Shown: positions 25,950 through 37,789 of the stretch, piece by piece
Layout of the letters: each line of letters begins with the position of its first letter
Numbering within the stretch: the stretch's first letter is position 1
Source: Perkinsus chesapeaki ATCC PRA-425
Taxonomy: Eukaryota; Protista; Perkinsozoa
DNA: 64,000 bases
Direction: 5' to 3'
Assembly: GCA_013115145.1 (NCBI GenBank)
Contig: JAAPAO010000006.1
Location: forward strand, 62,001-126,000
The notes under the pieces: model-generated
Told to the model about the DNA's origin: nothing
The model's input: only the letters and a program-made list of their open reading frames with translations
Databases searched by the model: none
Program-made: the position numbers and the translations under genes

Positions 25950-27437
25950 AATAAAAGACTGGAAGAGGTAGAGGAGCCCGAGAGGGCAGTGTAACGGTTT
26001 CTGGTTGCGTGCTAGATCAAGTGGAACAACAGAGTGGACGAGCTAGATGCCCGGTGGCGAGGAAATGGCTTCAAGGGGGAAGTTCAATACATACCGTAAG
26101 GCCCGTTGGAGAGGGAATCATTATGGTCATGACGTCATAGGTTCGTTGGGCGGGGTCTTATCCGACCTTTAAAGCGGGATATAGATTTGCAGCTTTCAAC
26201 GTTTGCCAAGGACAACATGAAGCATCTCAATGACACTCAGATGCCACCCGAAAACGCTGTGGGTTCAAAGCTCTCCCTCACGAGCCCATCCCCCCTTTCA
26301 GTTGAGTGCGCTTAGGAGGGCCATGAAGGACTGTGGCTGCCACTCTAGGCTTCCTCAGCTAGCTGCTGGTTTACCTAGTATAAACCCGACCCTAGGAACA
26401 CGCATAGAAGCCCTGCCTAACCTACGTAGCCTTACAGGTTCTCTCTATACGTTGTCTTTCCTATGCCATATCTACTCTCTTTAGGTCCAGCTCTCCTCGA
26501 CGCTTGGAGATGTAGCACTCCCTGGGCATTATGTCCTCCTCCTTCGGCGCTCAATGGTAGAATCGTCGCTTTCAGGTATATTTATGGGTTGTCATCAACT
26601 TAGGTAACCTTTCATCCAATTTACAAGGTCATATTTATCGTTGCATGTCTGAGCCTATCTTTCAGCCATGATAATTTTACCCTTATGTTGTACTTCTCAT
26701 CGGTGGGTCGTGTTCACGCTCACTTTCTCCATGATCAGTTCATTTTGCATCAATGCCTAAGATTAAATCCGGTACGGTTTCATCTCATCCTTTGAAGCCA
26801 TCACCCATACCTACCTCAGGCTCTGCCCCAGGAAATGTATGGTATTCACCTGGCAGGAGATGTCACTTATTTTCATTAGGGCATGGAGATTATTGTCAAG
26901 GAGCGAGGGAGCGGCGCAGAGCTGACCAGACTTCAACTGCCTGAGTTTTGCATCGACCATATGATGTGATTATTCTAAGTCGTTGTTTCCTTCACTGTTG
27001 TTGTCTTTCCAGGATGATGTCTCCCGAGGCTAACCTCGATATGATGATCAAGCATATCAACACAGCCATAAAGCCACGAACTGTTGGCTTTTTGTGAGAG
27101 TCCAGACTTCCGGTTTCAAGAAACCTTTTCCCTCAGGTTCCTTCAAGGAGAACGCTGCAGCGGCATTACGATCGATGACTGCGGTGACGGTATGATCCTC
27201 GAAATCGAATAGACCGCTCATGTGGTCGTCATTTGTCACCCGACTGGATTGCTGTGTTGGCAACTCGCTCCTTTCTGGCTCGTGAAGGTACAAATTTCTT
27301 ATACTCATTCCAATGGACTCGGGCACGACATTACGGTACTCTACGATGGCAGTACTGCTACTCGCGGCGATCCTTTTAGCTACTGCTTGGCTCAAGCTGA
27401 AACCTTGGTAGGATGATTCAAGTGTTGAGTCCAACAT
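25950..27437 (-). CDS. Hypothetical multi-exon protein
   Basis: 126-aa first ORF (27057-27437) followed by several GT-AG-bounded open segments. No family recognised; the 3' end is approximate. Confidence 0.35.
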
Positions 27438-27461
27438 AGGTCCAGGTGGGATCGTGCGAGG

Positions 27462-27873
27462 ATGCGTGAAAGTATTTTAAATGGTATTAATAGTGAGTAT
27501 GAACAATTGAGGCTAGCCAGGAAGGTAGTACGCCTTCTCGTTCGGTTGAAATCGTTTTATGAAGGATCTGGTCTATCATTATTACTGGGCACTTAGCCGC
27601 AATGATGACAGAGAGGCCGATATGCACGAGTCACAGGTACTTGATATGGACAGGAAACTTGAGCAGCTCCGAGAACGATATTGGGCTGTTGAAAGGGGTA
27701 TAGCTTGTGCTCGAATGCCTATATCTTTATACTTCTGCCAAGGCCAAGAATCCCCGGTACCGCTGGCACCATCGCAGCTTACAGTTAGAGTCTACGGTAA
27801 AGGCGAGGCCACCGATAAGTCGTCCAGTGATGACGATTCTGCACGCATGCGTCACCCCATACAAGCTTCGTGA
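27462..27873 (+). CDS. Small hypothetical coiled-coil protein
   Basis: MRESILNGINSEYEQLRLARK / DLVYHYYWALSRNDD..MDRKLEQLRERYWAVERG / QESPVP..HPIQAS*, with two short in-frame introns. Confidence 0.45.
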
Positions 27874-27961
27874 TTGTTTTCCTATTAACTTCGAGGTTGA
27901 GTTAGCACCATTCCCCTCAGTATTGAAATGACAGTTTCTACCGATTTTCTCATAGTTCTGT

Positions 27962-28662
27962 ATGGCGCCTAACCCTTCCCACATAACCCGCTTTATGCGA
28001 AGTCCACCTGATACTCTCCACAGAGCTCTAGTCTACCTCAATCTCAGGCCAGGGGATCGCTTCATTGATATAGGCTCCGGTGATGGTCTAGTGCTTAAGG
28101 AAGCCCTCAGAGTTCAACCGGCCCTTGAAAAGGCTGTAGGTATAATGGCACGTTATGCTTACAGCTCTCACCATCTTTCAGGTTTGGAGTTGAGACCAGG
28201 GCTTGTTGAACAATCCAAACAACTTCTCAAGGAGTACCCTCAAGCCCAAGTCTTGGAAGCAGATTTTCAAAGATCGCCCGAGGCTCACAGAATCATTCAG
28301 GAAGCTAATAAGATTTATTTCTTCTTGGATACAGGTGGTTTGTCTTCCAACTGTCTACCGCTTCAACAGTGTCAATCCTAGGTGGCATCGAAAACCTCCT
28401 ACCGGTGTTATCCAAGCATGCTACTGCGGGATCGAGAATTCTCAGTATCGACTTCCCTTTGGATTTCAAGGCAAGCCGCGAATTAACTTTTGCAACCACT
28501 ACTTTAATGGCCTCCTCCGTATCCTACTCGATCGAATGGCGAGTGTCCTCCTTTGGTCAGGCCTTATCAGTTCCAGGCAGCGATCGCTTCAGTCCTGGTT
28601 TGAGCTCAATGGTGGAGAATATGGATGTGTATTGGTATGATGTCCTAAAGCCTTTTTCGTGA
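27962..28662 (+). CDS. Class I SAM-dependent methyltransferase, FAM173/ATPSCKMT-like
   Basis: Motif [12 protein letters not shown]; [12 protein letters not shown]; LEADF; [11 protein letters not shown]. Confidence 0.75.
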
Positions 28663-28753
28663 AGTTATGCTCTCTGTTGCGCTTCACACTTGGTTGTTAA
28701 CCTTACTGCCTGTAAGTTACATTTTTTCTCTTAAACTCCACAGTCCCCTGGAA

Positions 28754-29999
28754 ATGTTTCGCAATCCTTATGATACCGACTGCATCACCTGGTCACCCCA
28801 GGGCCGTATCTTCCAGATTGAGTATGCTATGGAGGCTGTGAAACAGGGAACTGCCGTGGTGGCCCTCAGAGGAAAGAAACATGCTGTAATAATCGTAGCT
28901 TACGGACTGATTGTCATTAAGAAGTCCCTTTTCACCCAGTATTTACATTATTGCAAGCCCTGCACTGTCGTTGATCGGGGAATCTCATTCGATCACCCGT
29001 CACATCGCGAGGGGATTTTTGTTATTGCTTGAGGTCAGCGTGGTCTGCTTGTTAAGCTGTTTCTATTCACTGGCTCCTTAGTATTACTCTCGTTTGGAAT
29101 GATATTTCAGGTGCTATGCGCTTTCCGAAGGAGACAGTCGGAGCTTGCGTCCTATCAGCAGAAGGTCTTCCGTGTTGACGATCATATCGGTGTGGCCATC
29201 TCGGGCCTTACCGCTGATGCTCGTAGGAAACTATGTCTCTAGATAGTCGTGTTTATCTCAAATGTTCAGGTGTTATTTGCTCCTTCATGCGCGATGAATG
29301 CCTCTCTCATAAGTTCACCTATGATACACCAATGAGCGTCGGAAGGTTGGTGAACAAGATTGGTGTTGGTAAGCATACTCGCCTTTTCATACAATCAAAT
29401 CTTCCTTCTATCAGAATCCCAGGAGAAGACTCAAGTCGCCAGCAAGCGTCCTTACGGTGTCGGCCTCCTTGTGGCTGGTTACGATGAGACAGGTCCTCAC
29501 ATCTATGAGACTTGCCCCAGTGGAAATATATTCGAGTAATTGCCATCTTATATGGTATCGCGAAGAAAACGTCTTCGTAGGTATTACGCTATGGCTATTG
29601 GAGGTCGCTCCCAATCCGCCAGAACCTACCTCGAGAACAACTACGAATGCTTCGATAACATCACTGATCAGAAGGAGCTTCTCATGCACGGCTTGAAGGC
29701 TCTTGCTAAAACTCTCCAGGATGATGCTACGTAAGAGCTGCTCAACCGTCGTGGGTTTGATATGCTCTAAAGCATTAAGCAGTTCCAATGTTGTATCTCT
29801 TAGATTAACGACTGAGAACTGCAGTGTTGCAATCGTCGGCGAGGACCTTCCTTTCAAGGAGCTAAACACCGAGGAGCTACAGAGTCTTATCAGTAACCTC
29901 GAGCAGGCTCAGGTAGAGGTTAGCCTAGTCGCAGATTAGAGACATCTTTCGTCTTAGCCCGAAGCGACTGGCGCTGCTCCTATGGATACATCCGAGTAA
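28754..29999 (+). CDS. PSMA1: 20S proteasome subunit alpha-6 (alpha type-1)
   Basis: [82 protein letters not shown]. Confidence 0.96.
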
Positions 30000-30656
30000 A
30001 GAGTGACAAAGTAAACACTAGTGATAGTTGGTGATGACAATCGATTGTTGCAGAAGTTTCAAAACTATATTCTGTGTTGATCTAGTTAAGTATTAAATAT
30101 TCATCAGTAGCTACGAAAAGACAATCTCATACTCGTTTTCAAGCCAAGCTGTTAGTCGTATTGAAATTTCGTAAATTCAACTACCAATTAGTAGCCGAGT
30201 ACCATATTGGTTACCTTGGGTAATAAGCTAATTAATGTGGAATATAGTTGTAAGAACTTAAACCCACTGCATCACATGCGCGGAAACTCTTCACTGAATA
30301 GATGGGCTCTTGTAAAAGTTGCTTGTTTACCCATTACGTTTACTCTTTGAACTCAACGGCTAAATTGTGATTCACACTGGATACATAAATTAAGCCAGTT
30401 GTTGGTGGAACGTACTTCACAGCGAGTACAAATGGTAGTGAAATAACGATGATGAAGTTATGATGATAACACCCAGCCTCGCCGGGATTATCATCAATAT
30501 TAATGATACTAGTAGGGAATAGTTTCAGTTTCGAACCTAAACAGTTTTAGTGCAGTAACATCTACAACAAGTGTGCGAACGAAAGCACACCCAGACTCCC
30601 CGGGTCCAATCGTTCACTACACTGATTAATCATGTTGAACAAATAACAACAGCAGT

Positions 30657-32438
30657 TTATCGTCTCTCGAGACCGTACTTCTCGGGTTGGAGGAAGTTGT
30701 TGATGACATCATTAACGACAACATCCAAGTTAGCCTTAGCCTGCTCCTCGCTCTTCCTATCGGACATCTCGCAGTAGTACTTCAGCTTGGGCTCAGTGCC
30801 GGAACCACGTAGAGTGACAACGGCATTGTTGTCGAAGTAAAGAGTAATCATCTGCTGATCAGGAGTGGTAGGAAGAATACTCTTGTGCTCGGGCATCCTA
30901 GAATCATAACCAAGGGTAACATCACGGATACCAGCAAGAGTAGAGGAACCCAAGCTCTTAGGATAAGCACCATTGTTACGGAAAGCGTCGAAGATCTGCT
31001 GCATAACCTTGGGGTCGTAACAGAGGAAGTAACCGTTGTTGTTGGCAAAGTAGCCGACAGTCTGACGGAGCTCCTCAAGACGCTCGTAAAGAGTGATACC
31101 CTTCTCACGACGCCAGTAGTTGGCCATCTCTGCCCAAACGGAGGCAGCGGTAACACCATCCTTATCGGGAACAGTCATGGTCAAAGCATAACCGATGGCC
31201 TCCTCGTAAGCCAAGCAATGGACAAGCTCGGGGTTCTCGGCAGTCATCTTGAGAGAGGTGTTGGCCAACCACTTGAAACCAGTAAGAGTATCAGTGTACT
31301 GGCAGCCATAATGCTTAGCGACAGCGGCGAGCATCTTGGATGATACAGTTGAGTTGAGGACTAAGCACTTATCAGCAGGAACGCCTCTGCGGATAGCCAT
31401 CATGATGGAGAAATCACCAAAGATGGTTCCGAGCTCATCACCACTGAACTGATGCCATTCACCGTTCTTCTGCTTCTCGCAGGCGGTGAAGCGATCAGAA
31501 TCCGGATCGTTAGCAATCACGTAATCACAGTCGTTCTCCTTAGCGAAGGCAAGACACAAGTTAAGAGCACCTTTCTCTTCGGGGTTGGGGAAGGGGACAG
31601 TGGGGAATTCCGGATCGGGATGAGCTTGAGGCTCGAAGACCTTAACGCACTCCTCGGGAATGTTGAACCTCTTCAAGAGACCAGTGGTGAAAGGAAGACC
31701 AACGCCGTGCATAGCGGTATAAGCGAACTTCAAGGTACTCTTCTTGTTCTCCTCAGGGAAGCGGCAAAGCTCATGATACATCTGATCCATGTAAGTAGTC
31801 ATGACATCATCATAAGGGTCAATGATCTTAGAGGTATCCTTGAGGTAACACTCCTCGTTCAAGAGTTCAAGAGCCTCCTTCCAGGGGACGAGATTCTTGG
31901 CAATAGAGTCGGAAATCTCGCTATCCATGGGAGGAATGATCTGAGCACCATTGGCAGCGTAGACCTTGTAACCATTGTCCATCTTGGGGTTGTGAGAAGC
32001 GGTCACCTGGGCACCAGCACAGCAGTTGTTCCTCTTAACCAAATAAGGGTTGAATGGAGTGCAGGTAGTGGCCTTGTCGTACAAGTAGACCTTGGCACCC
32101 TGGGAGAGGAAGACAGCGGCGGCGACGTGAGCAAAGCGCTTGGAATTGTAACGACCATCGAAGCCGAAGACAACACCTCGCTCAGCAAGACCTTCTTTAC
32201 CGAACTGAGATTCGAGATATCTGCAAAGACCTTGAGAGGCCTGCATAACAGTGAGACAGTTCATACGGTCAAAGCCAGCACCCATGCGAGCACGAAGACC
32301 AGCGGTACCGAAAACCAAACGCTTCTCGGGGTTCAAGTGCTCAGCGATTTCCTCATCAGAGAAGGAAGATGCTTCATCACGAGTGGCCTTATAGAAATCC
32401 AAAGAGAGCCAGTACTGAAGAGCCTCGTTCGACGACAT
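30657..32438 (-). CDS. PGM2: Phosphoglucomutase-2 / phosphopentomutase-type alpha-D-phosphohexomutase, intronless, 593 aa
   Basis: FGTAGLR, catalytic TASHNPKMDNGYK, metal loop NDPDSDR, AYEEAIGY, RGSGTEPKLKYY. Single ORF with strong C/G-ending codon bias. Confidence 0.96.
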   Translation of the reverse strand: MSSNEALQYWLSLDFYKATRDEASSFSDEEIAEHLNPEKRLVFGTAGLRARMGAGFDRMNCLTVMQASQGLCRYLESQFGKEGLAERGVVFGFDGRYNSKRFAHVAAAVFLSQGAKVYLYDKATTCTPFNPYLVKRNNCCAGAQVTASHNPKMDNGYKVYAANGAQIIPPMDSEISDSIAKNLVPWKEALELLNEECYLKDTSKIIDPYDDVMTTYMDQMYHELCRFPEENKKSTLKFAYTAMHGVGLPFTTGLLKRFNIPEECVKVFEPQAHPDPEFPTVPFPNPEEKGALNLCLAFAKENDCDYVIANDPDSDRFTACEKQKNGEWHQFSGDELGTIFGDFSIMMAIRRGVPADKCLVLNSTVSSKMLAAVAKHYGCQYTDTLTGFKWLANTSLKMTAENPELVHCLAYEEAIGYALTMTVPDKDGVTAASVWAEMANYWRREKGITLYERLEELRQTVGYFANNNGYFLCYDPKVMQQIFDAFRNNGAYPKSLGSSTLAGIRDVTLGYDSRMPEHKSILPTTPDQQMITLYFDNNAVVTLRGSGTEPKLKYYCEMSDRKSEEQAKANLDVVVNDVINNFLQPEKYGLERR

Positions 32439-33505
32439 GGTTGTTGATTAATAGAAATACTAATAATATGATGATGTGTAAATCTGTACGCATACAGTGC
32501 TCGACGCTAGCGCTGAGCTGAGGGACATGTCACACAACGCAGTTTGGCTCAACTAGGGCTTGCTTGAAAATCCTATTCTACCAGCCCATGAAGCTGCCCA
32601 TGCCTTTATTGACATCGAGCGGGTGCTCAATGAGTTAACGCTTGAAGGGACCTCTTCTCTGGATTCACCAACAGTTTTGGTTCAACACGACAAGTGATAC
32701 CTGGTAATCTGTTCAACTCTCTTACACGGACATGCTGATATTAGTGAGAGATCACTCAAAGAGAAACCAGCTAGCGTTTGGAGCCGAGATGAGGTTCGTT
32801 ATGTATCGATTAAATGCCTAATGAGACTGCTGTAAGAATACAATAGTCGTTCTGGCTGTAGAACTGACTCAGGACCGAGCGCCGAGGAAAAACCCGTTGT
32901 CGATGACAGTCCTACCGGTATCAATTCCAGAGTGTCTAATATATAGGAAGCTGAATAACAACCAAAACCACAGCATCGAGAATAGCACTTGGAAACGGGT
33001 CCAGTGCTACGTTGTCTCGTTACTCCACTCACTTCGATTTTTATGCTTGGAAGCAGATAGCCTACTCCCTCGCAACAGAGTGCAAATTACTTGGGACTGT
33101 GAATCGATAACAGCGCGATGGACAATATGCATCTTCTCAAATAACTGTTGAGTCCCCTTTAACTAAAATCCCTTACGGAGACTAGCGAGACGTGTTGCAA
33201 GATCGAAGTTGAACAACAATCGATCAAAGTGGCGCAACACATTTGTCGTGAATGTGCGTTCTCCGATACATCTCCGATTTACACTTGCGACACGCCCAAA
33301 CGGCTAGGGTGGCAGTTAGGGTGGGACGCAATAGAGCATGGGATAGGTTCCTCTAAGGTCATCATGATATTTTTTGGAATAGAGTTCCCTGCCAAATATC
33401 GTCTGTAGCTTCGTTCCTTCCCGAGGCATTGATATCAGCAGTAAGCCAGAATTGAGAGTTGGACGCTTTACCGAATAGTCAGTTGTTTGCTATCACCACG
33501 GCCTA

Positions 33506-35528
33506 ATGACTACGTATTTCCCGATTCGAGAAATCTCTTCCTACTCGGTCAGAAATTGGACCATCAAAGCTCGAATCACAGCTAAGGTAACCTTCCTACG
33601 GCACACGTTCGAGTCACCCAGTTCAAGCGTTTTGTCGATAGCAACTTCCGGACATGGAATGTTTCTCAATCTCAGTCTGCGGTACGACACTTTACTAATT
33701 CTCGAGGAGGCGGATCAGTCTTCAGCATCGATCTTTTGGATAAAGAGGTATCCGCTGGGGTGAGGGTATATCGAGTTTCGTTGTGTAGGGAGGCGAAATT
33801 AGGGGAACATTCTTTAATGCAGCTTCTGATAAATTTGACAAGATACTGGAACAAGGAAAGGTAGTTTCGCTATTTTATCAGCTATTGACAGACTCTTTCA
33901 GATCTATACTTTCACCAAAGGAAACGTTCGAGTAGCCAACAAGAGATACAGCTCGTGCAATCACAATTACGAAATCGTGTTCGAAGAAGACTCTCAAATT
34001 GTTGAGGTTCAAGATGATGTCGATGACCAAATTGAGAAGATCAAGTAGTGTATTTAGTTCGAAAGGATTTACATCAAGGGTCTTGTTATCAGATACACGT
34101 TCTGCTCGGTCAGGGATCTCAAAAACAAGCCGGTGCCGAGTACCGTCGATCTCTTAGTCCTAGTTAAAGACTACAGGTAGGTTCCGACAGCCTGCGTGCA
34201 GAGTACGGTAATTATATACTGCTCTTAGGCCTGCCGGGACAGTAAACTCCAAAAATGGCGCTGAGCTGCTTCGTCGTAATGTGACTGTCTGTGATGAATC
34301 TGGGTGCAGTGTGGATGTTACATTTTGGAATGAGCATGTAGCTTGTTGTATGACTGTGGATTGCTTTCAACTTATTTTTCTAAGGCTAATGTGGTGGATG
34401 AGTCATTGCTTCAAACTCAGCCTATTATTGCTATGAAGGGTGTCAGTGTTCGAGACTATGGCGGTAAGGAATAATGCTGGTGTTCGTGAGACACATTAGG
34501 ATCTTGTCAGGAAGGAGCTGCTCCACATTGAATTCGACCCAAGTCGAGGTTAACCCCGATCTTCCCGAAGCTAAGCAGCTCAAGGTATTATTTCTGCATG
34601 ACTCTACTTAGATTATCTGGATATTAGATTTGGTGGGCGAATACAGGCTGTTCGATGGCCTTGACGAACTTGTCCCAGCAAGGCATATCGACTCCTGGAG
34701 CCGGCGGGCAGCCGATGGTTACTAAGGCTATGGTAATACGAAAGTGTATGTCTATTAGCTATCCATGTGCTGGTTTCAGACTATCTCGGAAATGAAAAAT
34801 GATGTTAAAAACATGGATATGGGCGGGTCGATGAATTCGTATGAAATAGTTGGTAGACTTCAGTTTGTAACTACTAGAGGCAGAGAAGGGAATGATGTGA
34901 GTTCATGGTGCTGACATGCCGTGGGGTATTGATGCATAGCTCCCTATTTACTACATGGCATGTGATAGCTGTAATCGAAAGATGGCTGATGGAAGTGACG
35001 GGTTCTGTCAGGCTTGCAACAAACAAGTGAGTATTCGTAATATGGGTGGCTTTAATATCGTTGTGAGCATTAATTTTATAAGTGTTACTGAAACAGGTTA
35101 ATGTGAAAGCTAGATATATGCTGCGGTCGCAGTTTGTCGATAGTACTGATGATGCTTACCTAACATGCTTCCATGACCAAGGTAAGATGATGTATGGTGG
35201 CCTAGTCGTATTTCTATGTCAAGCTCATGCGCTCATTGGCAAGCCAGTTGAGGACTTTGTAATGGCACAAGAGATGGGTAAGAGTGTCGGTAACGAGCTT
35301 AAGAATCACTACTACGAGAAGGTAGTATCGAGTTGATGATAGGGCGAATATCTCATCCGACAGGCATGGAAAGTCCGTGTAAGGGCCAAGATGGAGACTT
35401 ATCAGGGAGAGCCTCGACCTCGGATCACAGTATCAGCCCTGGAGCCCCTGGACCCCAAGGAGCATTGTCAGAGGTTACTCACGGCAATATATGAAAATGT
35501 AAACAGTCTGTTGCTTGATGCGGTATAA
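33506..35528 (+). CDS. RPA1: Replication protein A large subunit, short form (OB-A, OB-B, OB-C with Zn finger)
   Basis: MTTYFPIREISSYSVRNWTIKARITAK, FTKGNVRVANKRYSSCNHNYEIVF, DESGCSVDVTFW, PIYYMACDSCNRK..FCQACNK, RYMLRSQFVDST. Confidence 0.9.
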
Positions 35529-35754
35529 GATAGTCTTGCACAGATTGGAAAAGAAGATGAGAGCGAGGCACAAAAGGCCAAGATTCGTCAGTCTATGGTT
35601 AGTGAGGGAATGTCTATGGAAACAGCTGTTGCTAGTGGTGCTTGAGCGATCCTTGAACCACGAGTTTCGAAGTCAATGCATGCAAGTTAACCGATATAAC
35701 ATGTTGAGTTTGTAAAGTTGCCCGATACAACTCAAATTGTTTATTTGCGAATTG

Positions 35755-37517
35755 TCATCGATTAGCTGGGCGCGCGCGATTATCGTGACATGGCTCAATT
35801 TGGTGAACAGATCGTGGCGATCGTAATGTGAAAAACTTTAGAATCAAAAGTGTCGAGCGGCTTTGTCTTGGGTTTCTGACAACTGGGATTTTATTATCAT
35901 TCATGAGACTCTCATGGTGAGAGTGGTCTGAGTGCATGGATTTTGGCAATGTCATTCTATGTCCTGTATCTTGTTCACTATCGTCTATGATTTTGTTTAC
36001 TGTTTGCTCTTCTGCCAAATACATTATGGCAAATACGAACTCTTCGACTTAAATTGCATCTACATCCCGTGTCCAACAATGTATGTTATCACTGGTAGAA
36101 TATTCCAACAATATTAACATCCAATTTCCAAGTTCAAAGCCTCCACATTTGTATCATGCATTGCGATTGACATCCTGCTACGTGATTCATCTTCACCCTT
36201 TCAGTTGAGACAGTCGGTTTCTGATAATATTTTCTCCTATAAGGAGAGGCTTCTTCAAATAAGAGCTTCAATAACGGGATAATGTCCGTCTGCGCAACAT
36301 GCGGCCTTTATTTTATGGATATATTGTATGATGGCGTGGAAGTTCACGAGCCGGGGACAGGGATACTGTAATAATTTTGGTCCAACCAGTGCCGGGAATC
36401 CGTTTGTTTGATGTTTCGTGGGAGAGTAAAGTAGTTTATCGTATCTTGCTCTAAGATTCTCGTCTTACTCGTTGATTCGGAGTTCACTTACAGAACGAAC
36501 AATTTTAATACTGATCACAAGATGCAGCCATAACGGATAATTTCAGCCCCATAGGATATCTTGCATCCAGGAACAGTGGTTGTTTCTCCGCAGGTTCCAC
36601 TGTAATAACTGTTATTACTCCTGGCAGGAATCAGAGCAACGGCGATTGTCGGCCAGAAGCCAAGTTGACCCCAACAAGCGGTAGTACTTCCCGGTGGGTA
36701 TCATTCTCCCGGTCGGCGATTTATACCAGTAGCAACCCCTCCTGTGTTTATAAATTAAGCCGCATGCGGTGTAATTGGACTGTTCACAAGAGATAGCACG
36801 ACAGATCGCTATTACAAGAGACCGCTGTCATGACTCTCCTCTTCAGTTCTGTATGGTACTATGAACCACTGATTAGAGATGTTCCTATCCGTAATATGGA
36901 TAGAAAAGGTCACTATGACGAGGTCAAGAATTTTAACTCACTGTGTTTCAGGGTAATCAAAGTTAATCACGATTGTCGTCACTTCCTCATTTCAGACTAT
37001 TTTGCCTTGTACTGATATCCAGCTCTATCACACTGCTCCATCGGTTGGCCCGGATGGGAAGCTGGTAGAACCGAAACCACCTGAATCAACTAGTTTGCTC
37101 AGGGTACGATAGGGTGACAGGGGATAGGCATTTTTTGTAAAACGAAATCCATAAACTATGCATTTTGACGTTCGGAATCTGGAAACTATTCCGACCGCTC
37201 GGTTATCGCTGATCTGACGTAGTGTCTCTAGGAATTCGTAACTTCTGGAGGCCTCTGTTCCGGTGACAAAGCTCCACTAGTGGACCTAAAGCCTAAATTC
37301 CCCGCCGAAGCCTGTAAAGAAGGTAATGCGATGTGGGACAGAAGTGAGAAGAACGATGGTTTTCGTCATTAGGGCCTTGGGGAGACGGGTATGATCCGGA
37401 AACAGGGGACGATATACTCAGTTTCGAGGTAGTACATGCCCGATAGGGGGTGGCAGTAGTGATGCAGTAAATTAGTATATTTACAACATTCCCAAAAAAA
37501 TGACCGTACTCGGTCAT
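35755..37517 (-). CDS. Possible hypothetical multi-exon gene
   Basis: Scattered open segments with intron-like boundaries. No coherent model or family was obtained. Confidence 0.25.
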
Positions 37518-37789
37518 ACCTTATCACGGTGTTGAATTGGACAAGTGATCTTTTTCAGTTTCTGGGCTCCGTTGAGATGCTCACACGTGGGAAGCGAAAG
37601 GAGGATTGGTCTTTCCGTTTCGGATACTCAGATGGAGTGTAATAATAATTTGGGGTAGGCGCGCACGGTATAAATCAGTAAGCCCATCGGAATCTACTGG
37701 TAGAGATATTCGCCTAGCAGGGATATAACTCAGGAATTATCTTTACGGAGTCACAGTGGAAGGGGATTACTGTTCTATATTATTATAAA

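Noticed and set aside
27386-27396. cttggctcaag, the 3' half of the perkinsid/dinoflagellate spliced leader
   Set aside because: Only 11 nt, lies in an opposite-strand ORF, and the 5' half does not match; compatible with chance.
28886-29110. Long PSMA1 intron as snoRNA host
   Set aside because: No convincing C/D or H/ACA box pairs were seen by eye.
30461-30496. 9-bp-stem hairpin downstream of PGM2 (SECIS or C/D snoRNA candidate)
   Set aside because: No in-frame TGA in PGM2, no SECIS core geometry and no matching D box.
31452-32447. 331-aa plus-strand ORF (and 30885-31343)
   Set aside because: Antisense shadow of the codon-biased PGM2; no independent motifs.
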